Positions 23,418 through 34,600 of a stretch of 64,000 bases of DNA are shown piece by piece. Position 1 is the stretch's first letter. The number at the start of each line of letters is the position of its first letter. The DNA comes from Carpediemonas membranifera BICM (Eukaryota > Protista > Fornicata). The position numbers and the translations under genes are program-made. The stretch is from assembly GCA_019828565.1 (NCBI GenBank), contig JAHDYR010000004.1:372001-436000 (forward strand), given 5' to 3'. The notes beneath the pieces are model-generated. The model was not told the origin of the DNA, did no database searches, and was given only the letters and a program-made list of their open reading frames with translations.

Positions 23418-26383
23418 TTACTCACTCACAATGTCCTGCCCAGCAGCAGCCGCGCGTTCGCGAGCAGCTTGGGCTTGTGTCAGCCAATCCACGATGGCTC
23501 TGCACTGCCACTTCCAATTGGCAACGAAAACCCGGTCCACGAGACGATCCTTGGCCGCGTTGTCCAGCAGCTTCATCTCGACCAGCCTCTCTGGCCAGGG
23601 CACACCGCCAGCCTTCCAGGGCGCGCAACGGCCGCTCGAACTGACAACAGCAGGCACCATATCAACGTTGAAGTGCTGATACTGCTTCACCTTATCAGCC
23701 CGCGCGTCGGAGACGTAGTCCGAGCAGACGATGTCAATGACGGGTTTCACACCGCCCTCGTCGGGCCTGACTTCGACGTCCATGCGCACTCTGTACGGCC
23801 GCAAAGGATGCTTCGCCTCTGCAGACTTCGGCGTCAGCCACCTCTCAGGCCTGGCTGCCACGCCCTCCTCCTTGAGGGTCCTGATCACTTCGTCCCGGAT
23901 GGCGTCATGCCGCTGCACCTTTGCGTCACCGCGTAGGCACGGGCACACCACCGCGTGCGACCAGCCCTTCATAGCCACAGTACGACTGTGCTTCTCAGAG
24001 CAGATCGGGCACACTCCAGCCGCGTCGCTAAAGGCGGGCCGGCCCAGGTGGTCGGCGATCATGGCCCGGTCGACCTCGTGGCGGTTCGACTGCCTCGTGA
24101 CAGAGACTGGGTCGGACTTGAGCATAGCGCTGATGATGTTGGGCGCGACGACGCTGTCCTTCACCGCAGGGTTGGTGTTGAAATTATGTTCCTTCAACAG
24201 GCACACCAACTCGTGCTGCGGCTTGTCCTTGCCGACCGCCTTCAGCGCTGCCTCATCCTTGGGCCAATCCTTCACGTTGGCGCCCAGCGCGAGGACCTTA
24301 TCCAGGTCGGGCCGGCTGAGGCCAAACTCCAGCAGATGCCGGGAGGCCCCCAGGTAGGCGGGAGCCCAGACATCGAGCGGCATCGGCAAGCCGAGACCGC
24401 CCGCATGCACCGGCAGCCCTAGCCGCCGGCAGAACTTCTTCATCTCTTCCGCATCGGTGATCTTGTCTTGCAGGATGTCCAAGACGGCTGGGGCAATACA
24501 CTGCCGTTCAAAGACGGCCGTCTTGCCCAGCAAATTGCCCTGGCCTGTGGTAGACTTGATCGTGGGGAGAACGTTGCGGTAGAAATGTATGGGGATGGTG
24601 AGCGCAGACACCCTGACAATCGTCAGAGCCACCGCCGTGGCCTTCGACCCGATCTCCCGGCAGAACTCCTTGGCGGCGTCGAGCACGGCCTTCACCTTCT
24701 TCAGGATCTTGGTACAGCACTCAACGTGGAAGGCTGAGGAGACGGAGATGGGGATACCCACCAGCTTGAAAGACTGCGCCCGCGTCACCTGGTCCGAAGC
24801 GTTGTTGTCGTCCCGCGACTCGCGATGAGCGACCGCACACTTGGACCGGTTCAACGGCATCCCAACACTCGCAAAGAGCTGCTCCGACCGAGAGACGAAT
24901 GAATTCGCCTTCCGGCCCGTCTCGTAGTCTTGCAGGGGGCTCGGGATGGACGCCGAAACGTCATCCTGGTATCCGCGAACAGTGAAGTCCGGGAATTCCC
25001 CGCGCAACTGCGTCAGCAGAGGAACATGCCCAGCGAGAAGAGGAGTGGGGAGAGAGGATCACCCTGGTGGATGCCCTCCTCCGAGGCCCACACCTCGCCA
25101 GTCGTCGTCAGCAGCAAGCCGCTGGCGTACATTCGGCGGAGGTAGGGGCCGAGTACGGGAATATATGCCTCGACCACCTTCACGAGATAATCTCGGGACA
25201 TCGTGCCATACGCGTTGGACATGTCCAACGTCACGATGGTGCTCCCGTTCATGTACTCGTTCAGCGTGGCCGTCGCCAGCCGCTCCAGGCCGGCTGATTC
25301 GCCAAGCCCGAATTGGTCCCCCATCAACTCATCCTCGACGACAAGCCTTGGGAAGACGACTGTTGCGGCGACCTTAGCCGCCAGCCGGCGCAGCACCTCG
25401 CCTATTGCGACAGGGCGGACCCCACCGCAATCCTTCGGCACCGGCACCAGGATCGCGTGTGCGAAGATCGACGTGTACTCCTCACCGTCCAGGATGTCCT
25501 GCAAGACAGGCTCCAAGGCGGCTACGAGGTCTCCACGCCTCACGCTCGCGGCAATGCGCAGGTGTAGCGCTGACAGGCCCGACGGTCCAGGGGCGGATTC
25601 CGGCGAAAGGCTCATGAGTGCGGCCTTGATCTGCTTGCGCGAGACCGTGATGGCACTGAGCGGGTTCGCCGGCACGTCGGGGAGGGATATGTTCGGCACA
25701 AGCCCTGTCGGAGAAGACAGCTTCTCCTTCAGAGACTGATTGATCTCGTCAGGCGTGAGGGTCGTCTCCGACCCCGTGATCGTTGTCACTGCCTTGGAGA
25801 TGAAGCCACGTATGGCCAAGTTCCACGCGCGCCTTGTGCGGTTGGCTCTCGGCCTGCGAGCCGAGACCTTCGGGGGTGCGTACAAGCTTATGGGTGTCGA
25901 CATGACTAAACGAGACCCAATATATAATGTATACGCGACACTACAGATGCGGTCCCTCGACGGGTGGGGCTCGGCCCGAACCGATGCTGCGAAACGCTCA
26001 GCGGTGCCGTCCTCGTAGTTATCCTTGATAAGCAGGTACTGAATCCGGGTGAAGAGCTGCTGCTCGATGTCGTCGATGTCAAGTCTCGGTAGGTCGTCGA
26101 TGAGTTGGTACAAGAACTTAGCCTTGTTGGAGAGACCCTTGGATGTCGGCATGTCGAGGAAGAGGCCGCGGTGCGCTGGAGTGTTGTTAGAGGGAGCATC
26201 GGCCATCTCCACGATGGCAGAGCGTTGCATGGCAAGCTCTTGGGATAGTTCTTCGATTCGCTTGAGGAGAGTGGCGGCCAACGTGTTCTCGTCCTGCTGT
26301 TGGGGGTTCTCATCCTGTTGTTGATCATCTGGTGTTGTTCCTGGTTGCGTCGGGCGCCCCGCGTCCGAAGTCTCGTCGGCCAT
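23418..26383 (-). mobile_element. CRE-clade-like non-LTR retrotransposon: RT, CCHC and restriction-like endonuclease (one frameshift near 25015)
   Basis: SAPGPSG, GVRPVAIGEVLRRLAAK, QFGLG, LDMSNAY, GIHQGDPLSPLLF, GYQDDV, LPVHAGGLGL. RLE region: CPIC...H...C, QRHDAIRD, RMD, VID, KVKQY. Confidence 0.88.
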
Positions 26384-26512
26384 TCGAACTGGCCATCCTG
26401 ATTTGATTACACGACCTGCCGGGACCGGATCAGGATCGTATCATATATTTTGAGCTGTGTAAATATTACGGCCGTCACGCCGAGGTGACACGAGCTGCCT
26501 GTAGTCAGCGCT

Positions 26513-26559
26513 CGGTTGGCGTTCACCTAGAGCAGTAGCGCGCATCTGAGCGCCAAGGC
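26513..26559. repeat. 47-bp imperfect direct repeat, copy B (5' flank of the CRE-like element)
   Basis: 41/47 identical to 23235-23281. Confidence 0.85.
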
Positions 26560-26600
26560 GGATCGTGGGTCCTTTATGTATAAGAATGACAGCCGTTCTC

Positions 26601-27458
26601 TCAGAGGCGAAGACCCCATATTGTCCTCGCGGCCCGAACTGCCGCGTCCAAAGACACCGTATGCTCCCGAAGCTCCTCGCAGACTTGGACGACCCAGGCA
26701 AGAACCAGCGTCGCGAGCACGGAAGCAAGAAATGTTAACAACCCCACCACAGCAAGTAGGAAGTACCCAACCTCACCAACGGACCACTGGTCGTCGAAGA
26801 AAGACATGGCGGTTACGACAACAACTGCGAGGATGACGACCTTGATGAATGCCGCGAGCAACACGACAACAAAGGACACCGCGACCTCCACCGCAACCTG
26901 CCGGGCCAGGGGCCACGTGAGCTCGAGGTTGTCAGGGCCGTTGGCGTCACTAGGTCCTGGGATCTCAGTGAAGGGCCGTGCCAGAGATGATCTCTTCACG
27001 GCCCCACGGGCGATGTCGATGACAGTGTAGATGGCCTCGTCGATCAGCTCGTGGACAACACCGATCAGTGACACCGCGGCTGCTGCGGCCAGAGGTGAGT
27101 GTTCGTCGTTGAACACGAAAAGAACGACCAGGATGTTGATGGTGGCCGCGTCAAGGAGGAAGACAAAGAGCGACCCAAACCGGATGCCGTGAAACTTGGC
27201 GTTGATGTTCTTGCCCATCGGGGTCTGCAGACGGATGATGGTGGCGAGCATAGTTGGGAGCAGTTGCAGGACGCGGAAGGCGCCCGTCTCGATTGAGGAG
27301 ATTGCGGGACTGTCAAATTGGTAGTGGGAGAACTGGATAGCAGAGTACGCACAAAGGGTTCCAGTAAACATGATGACGTACAGGATCATTCGAATGAGAA
27401 GCCAGCTGATGCGGTGGATGTTGATGAGGATCTCCTTTCGTTTGGAATACTGCAACAT
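26601..27458 (-). CDS. Hypothetical multi-pass membrane protein
   Basis: 285-aa ORF with about 7 hydrophobic segments; no family recognised. Confidence 0.6.
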   Translation of the reverse strand: MLQYSKRKEILINIHRISWLLIRMILYVIMFTGTLCAYSAIQFSHYQFDSPAISSIETGAFRVLQLLPTMLATIIRLQTPMGKNINAKFHGIRFGSLFVFLLDAATINILVVLFVFNDEHSPLAAAAAVSLIGVVHELIDEAIYTVIDIARGAVKRSSLARPFTEIPGPSDANGPDNLELTWPLARQVAVEVAVSFVVVLLAAFIKVVILAVVVVTAMSFFDDQWSVGEVGYFLLAVVGLLTFLASVLATLVLAWVVQVCEELREHTVSLDAAVRAARTIWGLRL

Positions 27459-27599
27459 ATTGGCAAGTACGGTCTGATGCCCGATGACGATGGAGTTAGT
27501 ATCACTGTGTCATCATCTCCATCATCTTGTCGTAGAGGCCGAGCTTTACAGTGAGAACGTTCTGACAGCGAAGAATGCGACTTAACAAAGTCTGATTGT

Positions 27600-28487
27600 T
27601 CACCTGACGCGTTCAGCCCAGTACCTCTGGTGGATCCCGAGCATCATCGGGGCGAGGAGCTCAATGTACGGCACCCCCGCGAGAGGGAGCGGCAGGACGA
27701 GGCACCCGAGCAGCTCAGAGATCAGTACAGCGAGACATGCCTTGGGCCCGTCGTGAAGGTGGACTGAGCGGCGGGCTCTGGCGGAGCTGTGCCAGGAGGG
27801 GTAGGTCGTGAGCAGGTAGAGGGCTGCGACGACGAGCTGGACGCCCTGGATGGCCACGGCGCCGCGGACCGGGATCTTGACACTCACACCAAACACAGCA
27901 GCGGCGACGCATGCGAGGTTAGCGATGTAACAGACGAACGTGACGACACGGCGGCCGGGTCTGAGGGACTCGAGAACACCCACGAGCAGGGCAAAGTGAA
28001 GCATGTTAATGAGAGTCGCAATGAGCAACCAGAAGGATTCCAGCAAGGCTAAGGCGGTGGGATGCGCTGCAGTCGGTACAATGTTGTTGGCGACGACGAA
28101 GCGGCCAATGGCGACAACATGGAGCACTTGCAACAGGTGAACTGTCCACAGGAAGTTTTTGACGGTGGACTTCGCGCCAGGTTTGAAATGCTTGAGGCGT
28201 GCGAGCAGGATGATGAGCGGAAACCGAGGCTCCGACGTTGTCTCGCGCTCAGCAGCTACTAAACGGCTGTGAAGACGGGCTATGGATATGAATGTGCCAA
28301 TTAATGAGAGGCAGAGGATTGGTAAAGCGAATGAGGACAGGACGATCATTCTCGCTCGTTCTTCTTCAAGTGCCAGGAATTTGCTTGCGAATTCCGAAAA
28401 TACCCCATACCACGGTGGTTGGGTAAGCCCGGGGCAGATCGACAGAGCCGGTCGACCTGTTACTTTGAGTTCGAGGCAGATTATCAT
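27600..28487 (-). CDS. Hypothetical multi-pass membrane protein (start uncertain)
   Basis: About 6 hydrophobic segments; no family recognised. Confidence 0.55.
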   Translation of the reverse strand: MIICLELKVTGRPALSICPGLTQPPWYGVFSEFASKFLALEEERARMIVLSSFALPILCLSLIGTFISIARLHSRLVAAERETTSEPRFPLIILLARLKHFKPGAKSTVKNFLWTVHLLQVLHVVAIGRFVVANNIVPTAAHPTALALLESFWLLIATLINMLHFALLVGVLESLRPGRRVVTFVCYIANLACVAAAVFGVSVKIPVRGAVAIQGVQLVVAALYLLTTYPSWHSSARARRSVHLHDGPKACLAVLISELLGCLVLPLPLAGVPYIELLAPMMLGIHQRYWAERVR

Positions 28488-28573
28488 TTCCTGTAGAGCC
28501 CACTGACAACGAGGGGCAAAATATGAATCGAGGCTACTTCTCCCAGCTAAACCAGGGCGAATGTGCTCTATCG

Positions 28574-29752
28574 ATGACCTCATATAACCACACAGTGCTT
28601 AAGCGCGAAGTTCGACGGGAATGGGCAGGAACGAAGGTGTCACCAATGCCACCGGCGCCTGAGAACAGAGCGATGGGAAGAAACCCGATAGATGCGTTCA
28701 CATACATCACTGAAACAACACGGTCCAGTGACGTAGGCGTAGCAACCACGGATATCCCGTTTCCAACCGACATCTTTGTCGGCTACTTCGAGATGGCCTG
28801 CACTTGCGGCGGCCGGGAGAACGCCATCGCCATCGGCCTCATATGCCGCGACTCGCCGAGGAACAAGCAACCAGGTTGGACGTCCGACACCTTTGGGTAC
28901 CACGGCGATGACGGCCGCATCTTCAACTACAGCGGCTCAGGGACGCCGTGGGGCCCGAAATACACGAAGGGCGACGTCGTGGGATGTGGGTACATACCAT
29001 CAAGTGGCGATGTTTTCTTCACAGTGAATGGCGAGCACATTGGGGATGCATTCAAGGGCAAGGCGACCGGCCGGTACTGCCCGGCTATAGGGCTTCACTC
29101 AAATGGGGAGGCTGTCGAGGTCAACCTCGGCGTGCGGCCCTTCGTGTTTGACATCGACACATTCTTACTGGACCTCATGCAGAAGCATAGCCTGGCGGTG
29201 CGGCAGACGCAACTACCGCAGTTGACGCCCTTGGTCAAGCAGTACATGTTTCACACTGGCGCAGTTCGGTCACTGCGAGCATGGGGTGATCAATGCGATG
29301 AGAAAACGTCCCAGCGCGCGGCTGTCATTGACCAGATCAAGGCTGGAGACGCGGCCGTGGCGATGGCGGCCTTGAGCGGACGAGCAAGGTCACTAGCAGC
29401 CTCGCAGACATTCGCCGAGCTCGTGGGCCAGGGTGCTGTGGGGCAAGCCATTTCTCTGGGTGTCACGAGTCTGGGTGCCCTGACTGACGCCGAGCTGGAA
29501 GCCCACGGGGCATGCCTCCTCGGGATAGCCCCAGAAGAGGAGGGGGCCTCCGTGCTCGAGAGGGTGGAGACCGGGGAGGCCAGGCGGAAGGCCGTGAGCC
29601 GGGCAGTGAACGCCGAGCTGCTCGAGGGCGAGCCATCAGTGCTAGAGACGCTCATCCGCCAGTGCCAGCAGGTACACAGCGGGCGGACAGCGGCTGAGCA
29701 TGGCCGTCTGCCACGTTTCTCGTGGTCTGACTGCCTCGCCGAGGAGGGATGA
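28574..29752 (+). CDS. SPRY-domain protein, RanBP9/10 (Gid1/Vid30)-like
   Basis: YFEM, IAIGL, PGWTSDTFGYHGDDG, GDVVGCG, FFTVNG, VNLG..PFVFDI; LisH/CTLH-like helical C-terminus. Confidence 0.85.
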   Translation: MTSYNHTVLKREVRREWAGTKVSPMPPAPENRAMGRNPIDAFTYITETTRSSDVGVATTDIPFPTDIFVGYFEMACTCGGRENAIAIGLICRDSPRNKQPGWTSDTFGYHGDDGRIFNYSGSGTPWGPKYTKGDVVGCGYIPSSGDVFFTVNGEHIGDAFKGKATGRYCPAIGLHSNGEAVEVNLGVRPFVFDIDTFLLDLMQKHSLAVRQTQLPQLTPLVKQYMFHTGAVRSLRAWGDQCDEKTSQRAAVIDQIKAGDAAVAMAALSGRARSLAASQTFAELVGQGAVGQAISLGVTSLGALTDAELEAHGACLLGIAPEEEGASVLERVETGEARRKAVSRAVNAELLEGEPSVLETLIRQCQQVHSGRTAAEHGRLPRFSWSDCLAEEG

Positions 29753-29808
29753 CCCCGCTTGCATCTGTATCATTATTATCGATCGCCTTTATGTGTGTGC
29801 AGTAAATC

Positions 29809-31256
29809 TCATCCTACCTCGATTTCGTCCAAATCCGTCAGGGGGTGTGCCGCCTCCAGCAGATCCCCAGTGGAGTGGGGGAACGCCGCAGGCATGTCAG
29901 CCTCGACCACAGCTACGGTGTTGGCCCCCGTGAGGGTGGGGCTGGGGCAGTCCGGCCACCGCAGCAGTACCACGAGCACCGTGATGTTGTCTGTCGACCC
30001 GAACGTGTAACCGGCCTGCGCCAGCTGCTGCGCGACCGACGTGGCCGCGGCCTGCTCGATCTGGGCCATCTCCACGGGCGTCAGGTCATCGTCCGCAAAC
30101 CGCTCGGGATCGCTTCCCACAGTGCTGACGCGGTCGACAGGTGCGGACGACGACAGCAGGTTGTTCGTGGACATGGCGGGGGCGACAGGGCGAGTGGGGA
30201 TGCCGAAGAGCGCCTTGAGCACGCGGACGACGGACGCCGTGAACGACGGCTGGCCGGGCTCGGGCGAGTCCATCGTGTAGGGCGTGGAGTGGCGCTGCGA
30301 GAGGACGGTCCGGCGGGCCTCCCGGATGGCGGCAGGCAGCTTCTCCTCGACGAAGCTGACCGCCGACTGGGACGAGAGCACGTCCCACAGGCCATCACAC
30401 GCGACAATAACGAAGCGGTCACGACCGGGGACGAGCTTGACTCGTGTGATCTCGGGAACGGACGATACCAGTGGCTCTGTGACCTTGTTGGGCAGCAGGA
30501 GGTCAGGGTCCTTGAACATCAGATCGCCCAAGCCGCGGGACAGCGCCAGGCCGCCGGGCCACACTCTGGCGGGGCCTATGGCGAGGACGGGGCCCTGACC
30601 CGAGATCTTGACGTACGTGGGGTGGACAACGCCGCCGCACGCCTCGATACGGGCCCGCTCGCAGTCGCGGTCGGGCTTGTGGTCGTAGCTGAGGTCCACA
30701 GCCTCGCCTGCACGGCCGAGCACTGCGCGGGAGTCGCCTGCGTTTGCGGCGAACAGCGTATCATTGCGGAGGAGCACACAGCAGGCGGTGGTGCCGTCCA
30801 TGGTCTTGGTGCGCTTAGCGCGGGCCAGGAACTCTGCGTCGTTGCGTGTGAAGCTGTCGTGGAAAGCCCGGGGGACGTCCTCGTTGAAATAGGGCGACAG
30901 GACGAGGTCGCGGTGAAGGGTGGCCGCCGCGTGCGTGGATGCCTGCGTGCCGCAATGCCCATCGTATACTCCGAAGAAAGCGAGCGGGGATACGTCTGGA
31001 GGGCCGGACTCCTCGGAGCGGATGCCCTGCAAGAGGTCGAGCTTGACTGTGTGCGCGTCCTCCATCGTGGGACGGCGGCCTTGAAGGCTGCTCATACCAC
31101 AAGCTATTGATATTGGCACTATGAAGTCCCTCCCATCGTTATGTCTGATGAAAGCGTAACTGCCAGCCTCATTTCGCTTGCCTGTCGGGTTTTTGCGCTG
31201 AGTAAGATGGAATATCAAAAATTACGAACTATGCGGAAGAAGAAGTCAAAGAACAT
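29809..31256 (-). CDS. Protein phosphatase 2C (PPM family); 32-nt intron at 31198-31229
   Basis: QGRRPTMEDAH, GVYDGHCG, DGTTA, ANAGDSRAV, DHKP, LALSRGLGD, ACDGLWDV, GSTDNIT. A GTTCGT...TTACTCAG intron links ATG 31256 in frame. Confidence 0.93.
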
Positions 31257-31612
31257 GTGGTAGCGTTGGTTAAAGTAGCGCTAGCCCGGTTGTGGTAAAG
31301 TGCAAGCAGCTTCTCGTCGCCTTAAGCTTAGACTGCGGCGACTCCAGCCCTGGCTCAAACCAGCCATCGGCAGAAGCTGCACAAGTATGGACTGAGATGG
31401 AGTTTGTATCCCAGCGTGCTCTTATGGGTTCCGTTCGCCGCTACTGCGGAGATCGGCTTGGACTCAGGCTGACTTTGGGACAGGAACAAAAAGGGGGCAG
31501 GGGGCAGAAGACCGCTATACGCGGGCTTCAGTGCTGATGAGGACGCTGTTTTTGGTCCGAAACAGGCGATTCATAAACTGCACATTAAAACGACGAACTC
31601 CATTTAGGCATC

Positions 31613-34600
31613 ATGGGGCAAGGAGCGTCGTCGGCCAACATATCCCGTGACCTTAAGCCTGAAGAGCTACAGCAATTGAAGCTCAAATTGTCCCATTCAC
31701 TGGGCTACAGTCGTTTTATGCGTACTCTTGTCTGTGATTCGACTGTGGACAACTCCAAGGTGCTAGTGAAGGCCTATTTCAAGCCTCCAGACTCTAGATT
31801 AGAAGAAACACACCAGAAAGTGGTAGAAATCGGCGATCTACTCCGCGACGTGCCAAACTGCCTCCCCTGGTCCGACGCCAACAACGACCCAAACTCCCCC
31901 GCCGCCTTCCTCATCCGCCCCTTCATCCACACCAACCTCACCGACCTTCTGGCGACGCCCCCGTTCCTGACGTACTGGCAGCGGCTGTGGGTGACGTACC
32001 AGTTGCTCGTGGCCGTCCGGGACGCCCATGCCGCGGGGGTCGTCCACGGCCAGGTCAAGACGGAGAACGTGCTGGTGACGTCGTACGGCTGGGTGTATTT
32101 GTCTGACTTTGCCCCGTTCAAGCCCTGCTACCTCCCTGGCAACAACCCCACACAGTTCTCCTTCTTCTGCGACACCATGGAGCGTCGTTCGTGCTACCTG
32201 TCCCCCGAGCGGTTCTACATGGACAAGATGACGTCAGACCCGACCCGCCCCGCCCCGGTCTCTCTCCCCGTCGGCCGGCCCAGCGAGTCCATGGATTCGT
32301 TCAGTGTCGCGTGCGTGCTGGTGGAGGTATGGACGGGCAGGCCGCTGTTCACCCTCACCCACGCGCTGCAGTACATTGACGGCGAGTACAGCATCGACGC
32401 CGACCTCGACGAGGTGGCCTGCGACGCCCTCCGCCCTGCCCTGAGGGCCATGTTGTCGCCCGAGCCCTCTGACAGACCAGCGTGCGGGGACGTTCTGATT
32501 CAGCTGACGGGCACCGTCTTCCCGCACGTCTTCTCGTCGCTGTGGGACATGCTCAGCGGGCTCCCGACGCTCCCCCCGGACCACGCCATCGCGGGCATGA
32601 CGATCAGACGGATCGAGCTCGTCAACATGATCCGACTCACCCCCGAGGAGCTTGCCGTCCACACGATTCACCCGCCTCTCCGCCGCACGGCACGGCCCCC
32701 CGCCCCTGGTCAGCTGGCCGCCGCAGTCGAGAGCGACATCTCTGCCCTGCTCGTGGACTCGACGGACCAGACCCAGGAGCCCGCCCCGGCCCCTGCGTCG
32801 CCCGGGCCCGAGCCTTCCGAGGGAGGGGCGGTGATCCCCGGCACAGTGACCCGCCCGGTCGACCCGGCCACCCACAGCGGACTGCACGCCCTGGTCGCCG
32901 CGGACATGGCGGCCAGACTCCCGTTCGCCCGGCTGCCGGTGACCAAGACGCAGGCGATCGACATGCTCGCGACGATCGCCCAGTACGGCACGGACGAGGA
33001 CCTCGTCACCCGCTTCCTCCCCGTCGTCTTGGGACTCAGGCGGGACAGCGAGGCTGCCGTCGCGGCCCGGTCGGTAAGGTCGGTCGGGGACATCGTGCGC
33101 GTGGTGACCTTCGCCCCGCCCCGCTTTGCCCCGCGGCACACCCTCCCCAAGCTCGTCGTGACGCCCCTCATCGCCATGCTAGATGCTGACCGGTCGCCGC
33201 TGGTGAGGATTGCTGTCGGGCAGCACCTGCCGCACATCATCGCCGACCTCAAGCGGATCACCATCAACACTGCTCACCGCGACGACGAGGCCACCCCTGA
33301 GGATCTTGAGGAGATCGACTCGATATTCGCTGAGTCCGCGGCAGCCCTTGTCGAGGCCATCAGCGTCGCCCCCCACCCCTCTGCTGTCCGCGCCATTCTG
33401 GGCAGGGAGCAGGCCTCAACACTGGGCGCCCTGCTGGGCCACAGAGCCAAGTCCATGGTCCGGCTGCTCTCGTTCTCCACGAACTTCGCCGACTACAGAG
33501 TGCGGGCCGCCTTCTGGCACGCCCTGGCAGCCCTAGCCCCGTCCCTCGGGCCCGTGGCGGCCGAGCTCTCGCTGGGCGATCTTTCTTCCCTGGGCGTGTG
33601 TGACCCCACCCCCGCTGTGTCAGCCGCCACCCTCGAGTGGATCGCCACAGCGGTCTCGTGTCGCGTGTTCGGGACAGCAGACTGCCCTGCCCTCGTCAAG
33701 GCGTCGATCCCCCTGGTACTCTTCCCCTGCCCGTGGCGGCGGGCCGGTGTCGTTAAACTGCTCGGGGCAGTGCTCGAGGCGATGGACCTGGCGGACTTCC
33801 ACATCTCAGTGCTCCCCATCGTGCGGCCGTACCTGATGGAGGACGTCATAGCGCCCACGATCGACCAGATTGTAGCAAATCTATTGGATCCGATCTCTGT
33901 GGATACGATATCGGTCATGTCCAACCGGGAGGCGCTGACGCCCATGTCATCCGGTGCAGACACCCCAGACATCCCGCCCCAGTACGAAGGGGTGTGGCCG
34001 GCCCTGACGAGCTTCATCAGACGCCAGAGTGCGGCGGACAACCACCAGCGGGAGTCGCGCGACCATGCCAGCGCCGAGCTGCCGTTCCGGATTCTCTCCC
34101 AGCAGGTGCCGGTGCACTTGTCGAAGGGCACGCCGCTCAGCCCGGCCGTCGCGCTCTCGTCGTTTACCGGCGACTCACCCGCGGCCTCGTTCCTTCTCCG
34201 GCACAAGTCGACCGCCCCCTCCAGCGTGGGTAGCCGGGATGGCCTCCACCTCCGGTCGACCCCGCACACGTCCGTCCGGGTGAAGCAGGTCATCGCCTCG
34301 CTGGTCGGGCTCCCCCCCGGGTTCCGCCCCAAGGGCGTGGAGACGGATACTCTGTCGACCCACTCCTTCGCCCAGACGGCGATGCAGGTCCACCCCTCGG
34401 GCCTGTACTTCGTCACGGCGGGCATGTCCTTCGTACCGACCCCGGACTCATCCGTCCCCGTCGGCCAGGTCTGCGTCTGGGCGATTCAGCCCATGTCGGT
34501 CTCCATGCCTGCCCCCCTATCCGCTGACCTGCCACACGCCGAGGACGCCGTCACTGAGCCCAGCTGTCTGGCCTTGTCGGGATCCCAGGTGCTCGTAGGC

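Noticed and set aside
29845-31110. 421-aa antisense ORF over PP2C (likewise 35564-36679, 43481-44428, 55834-56931 and 58279-59370)
   Set aside because: Antisense shadows of well-supported genes.
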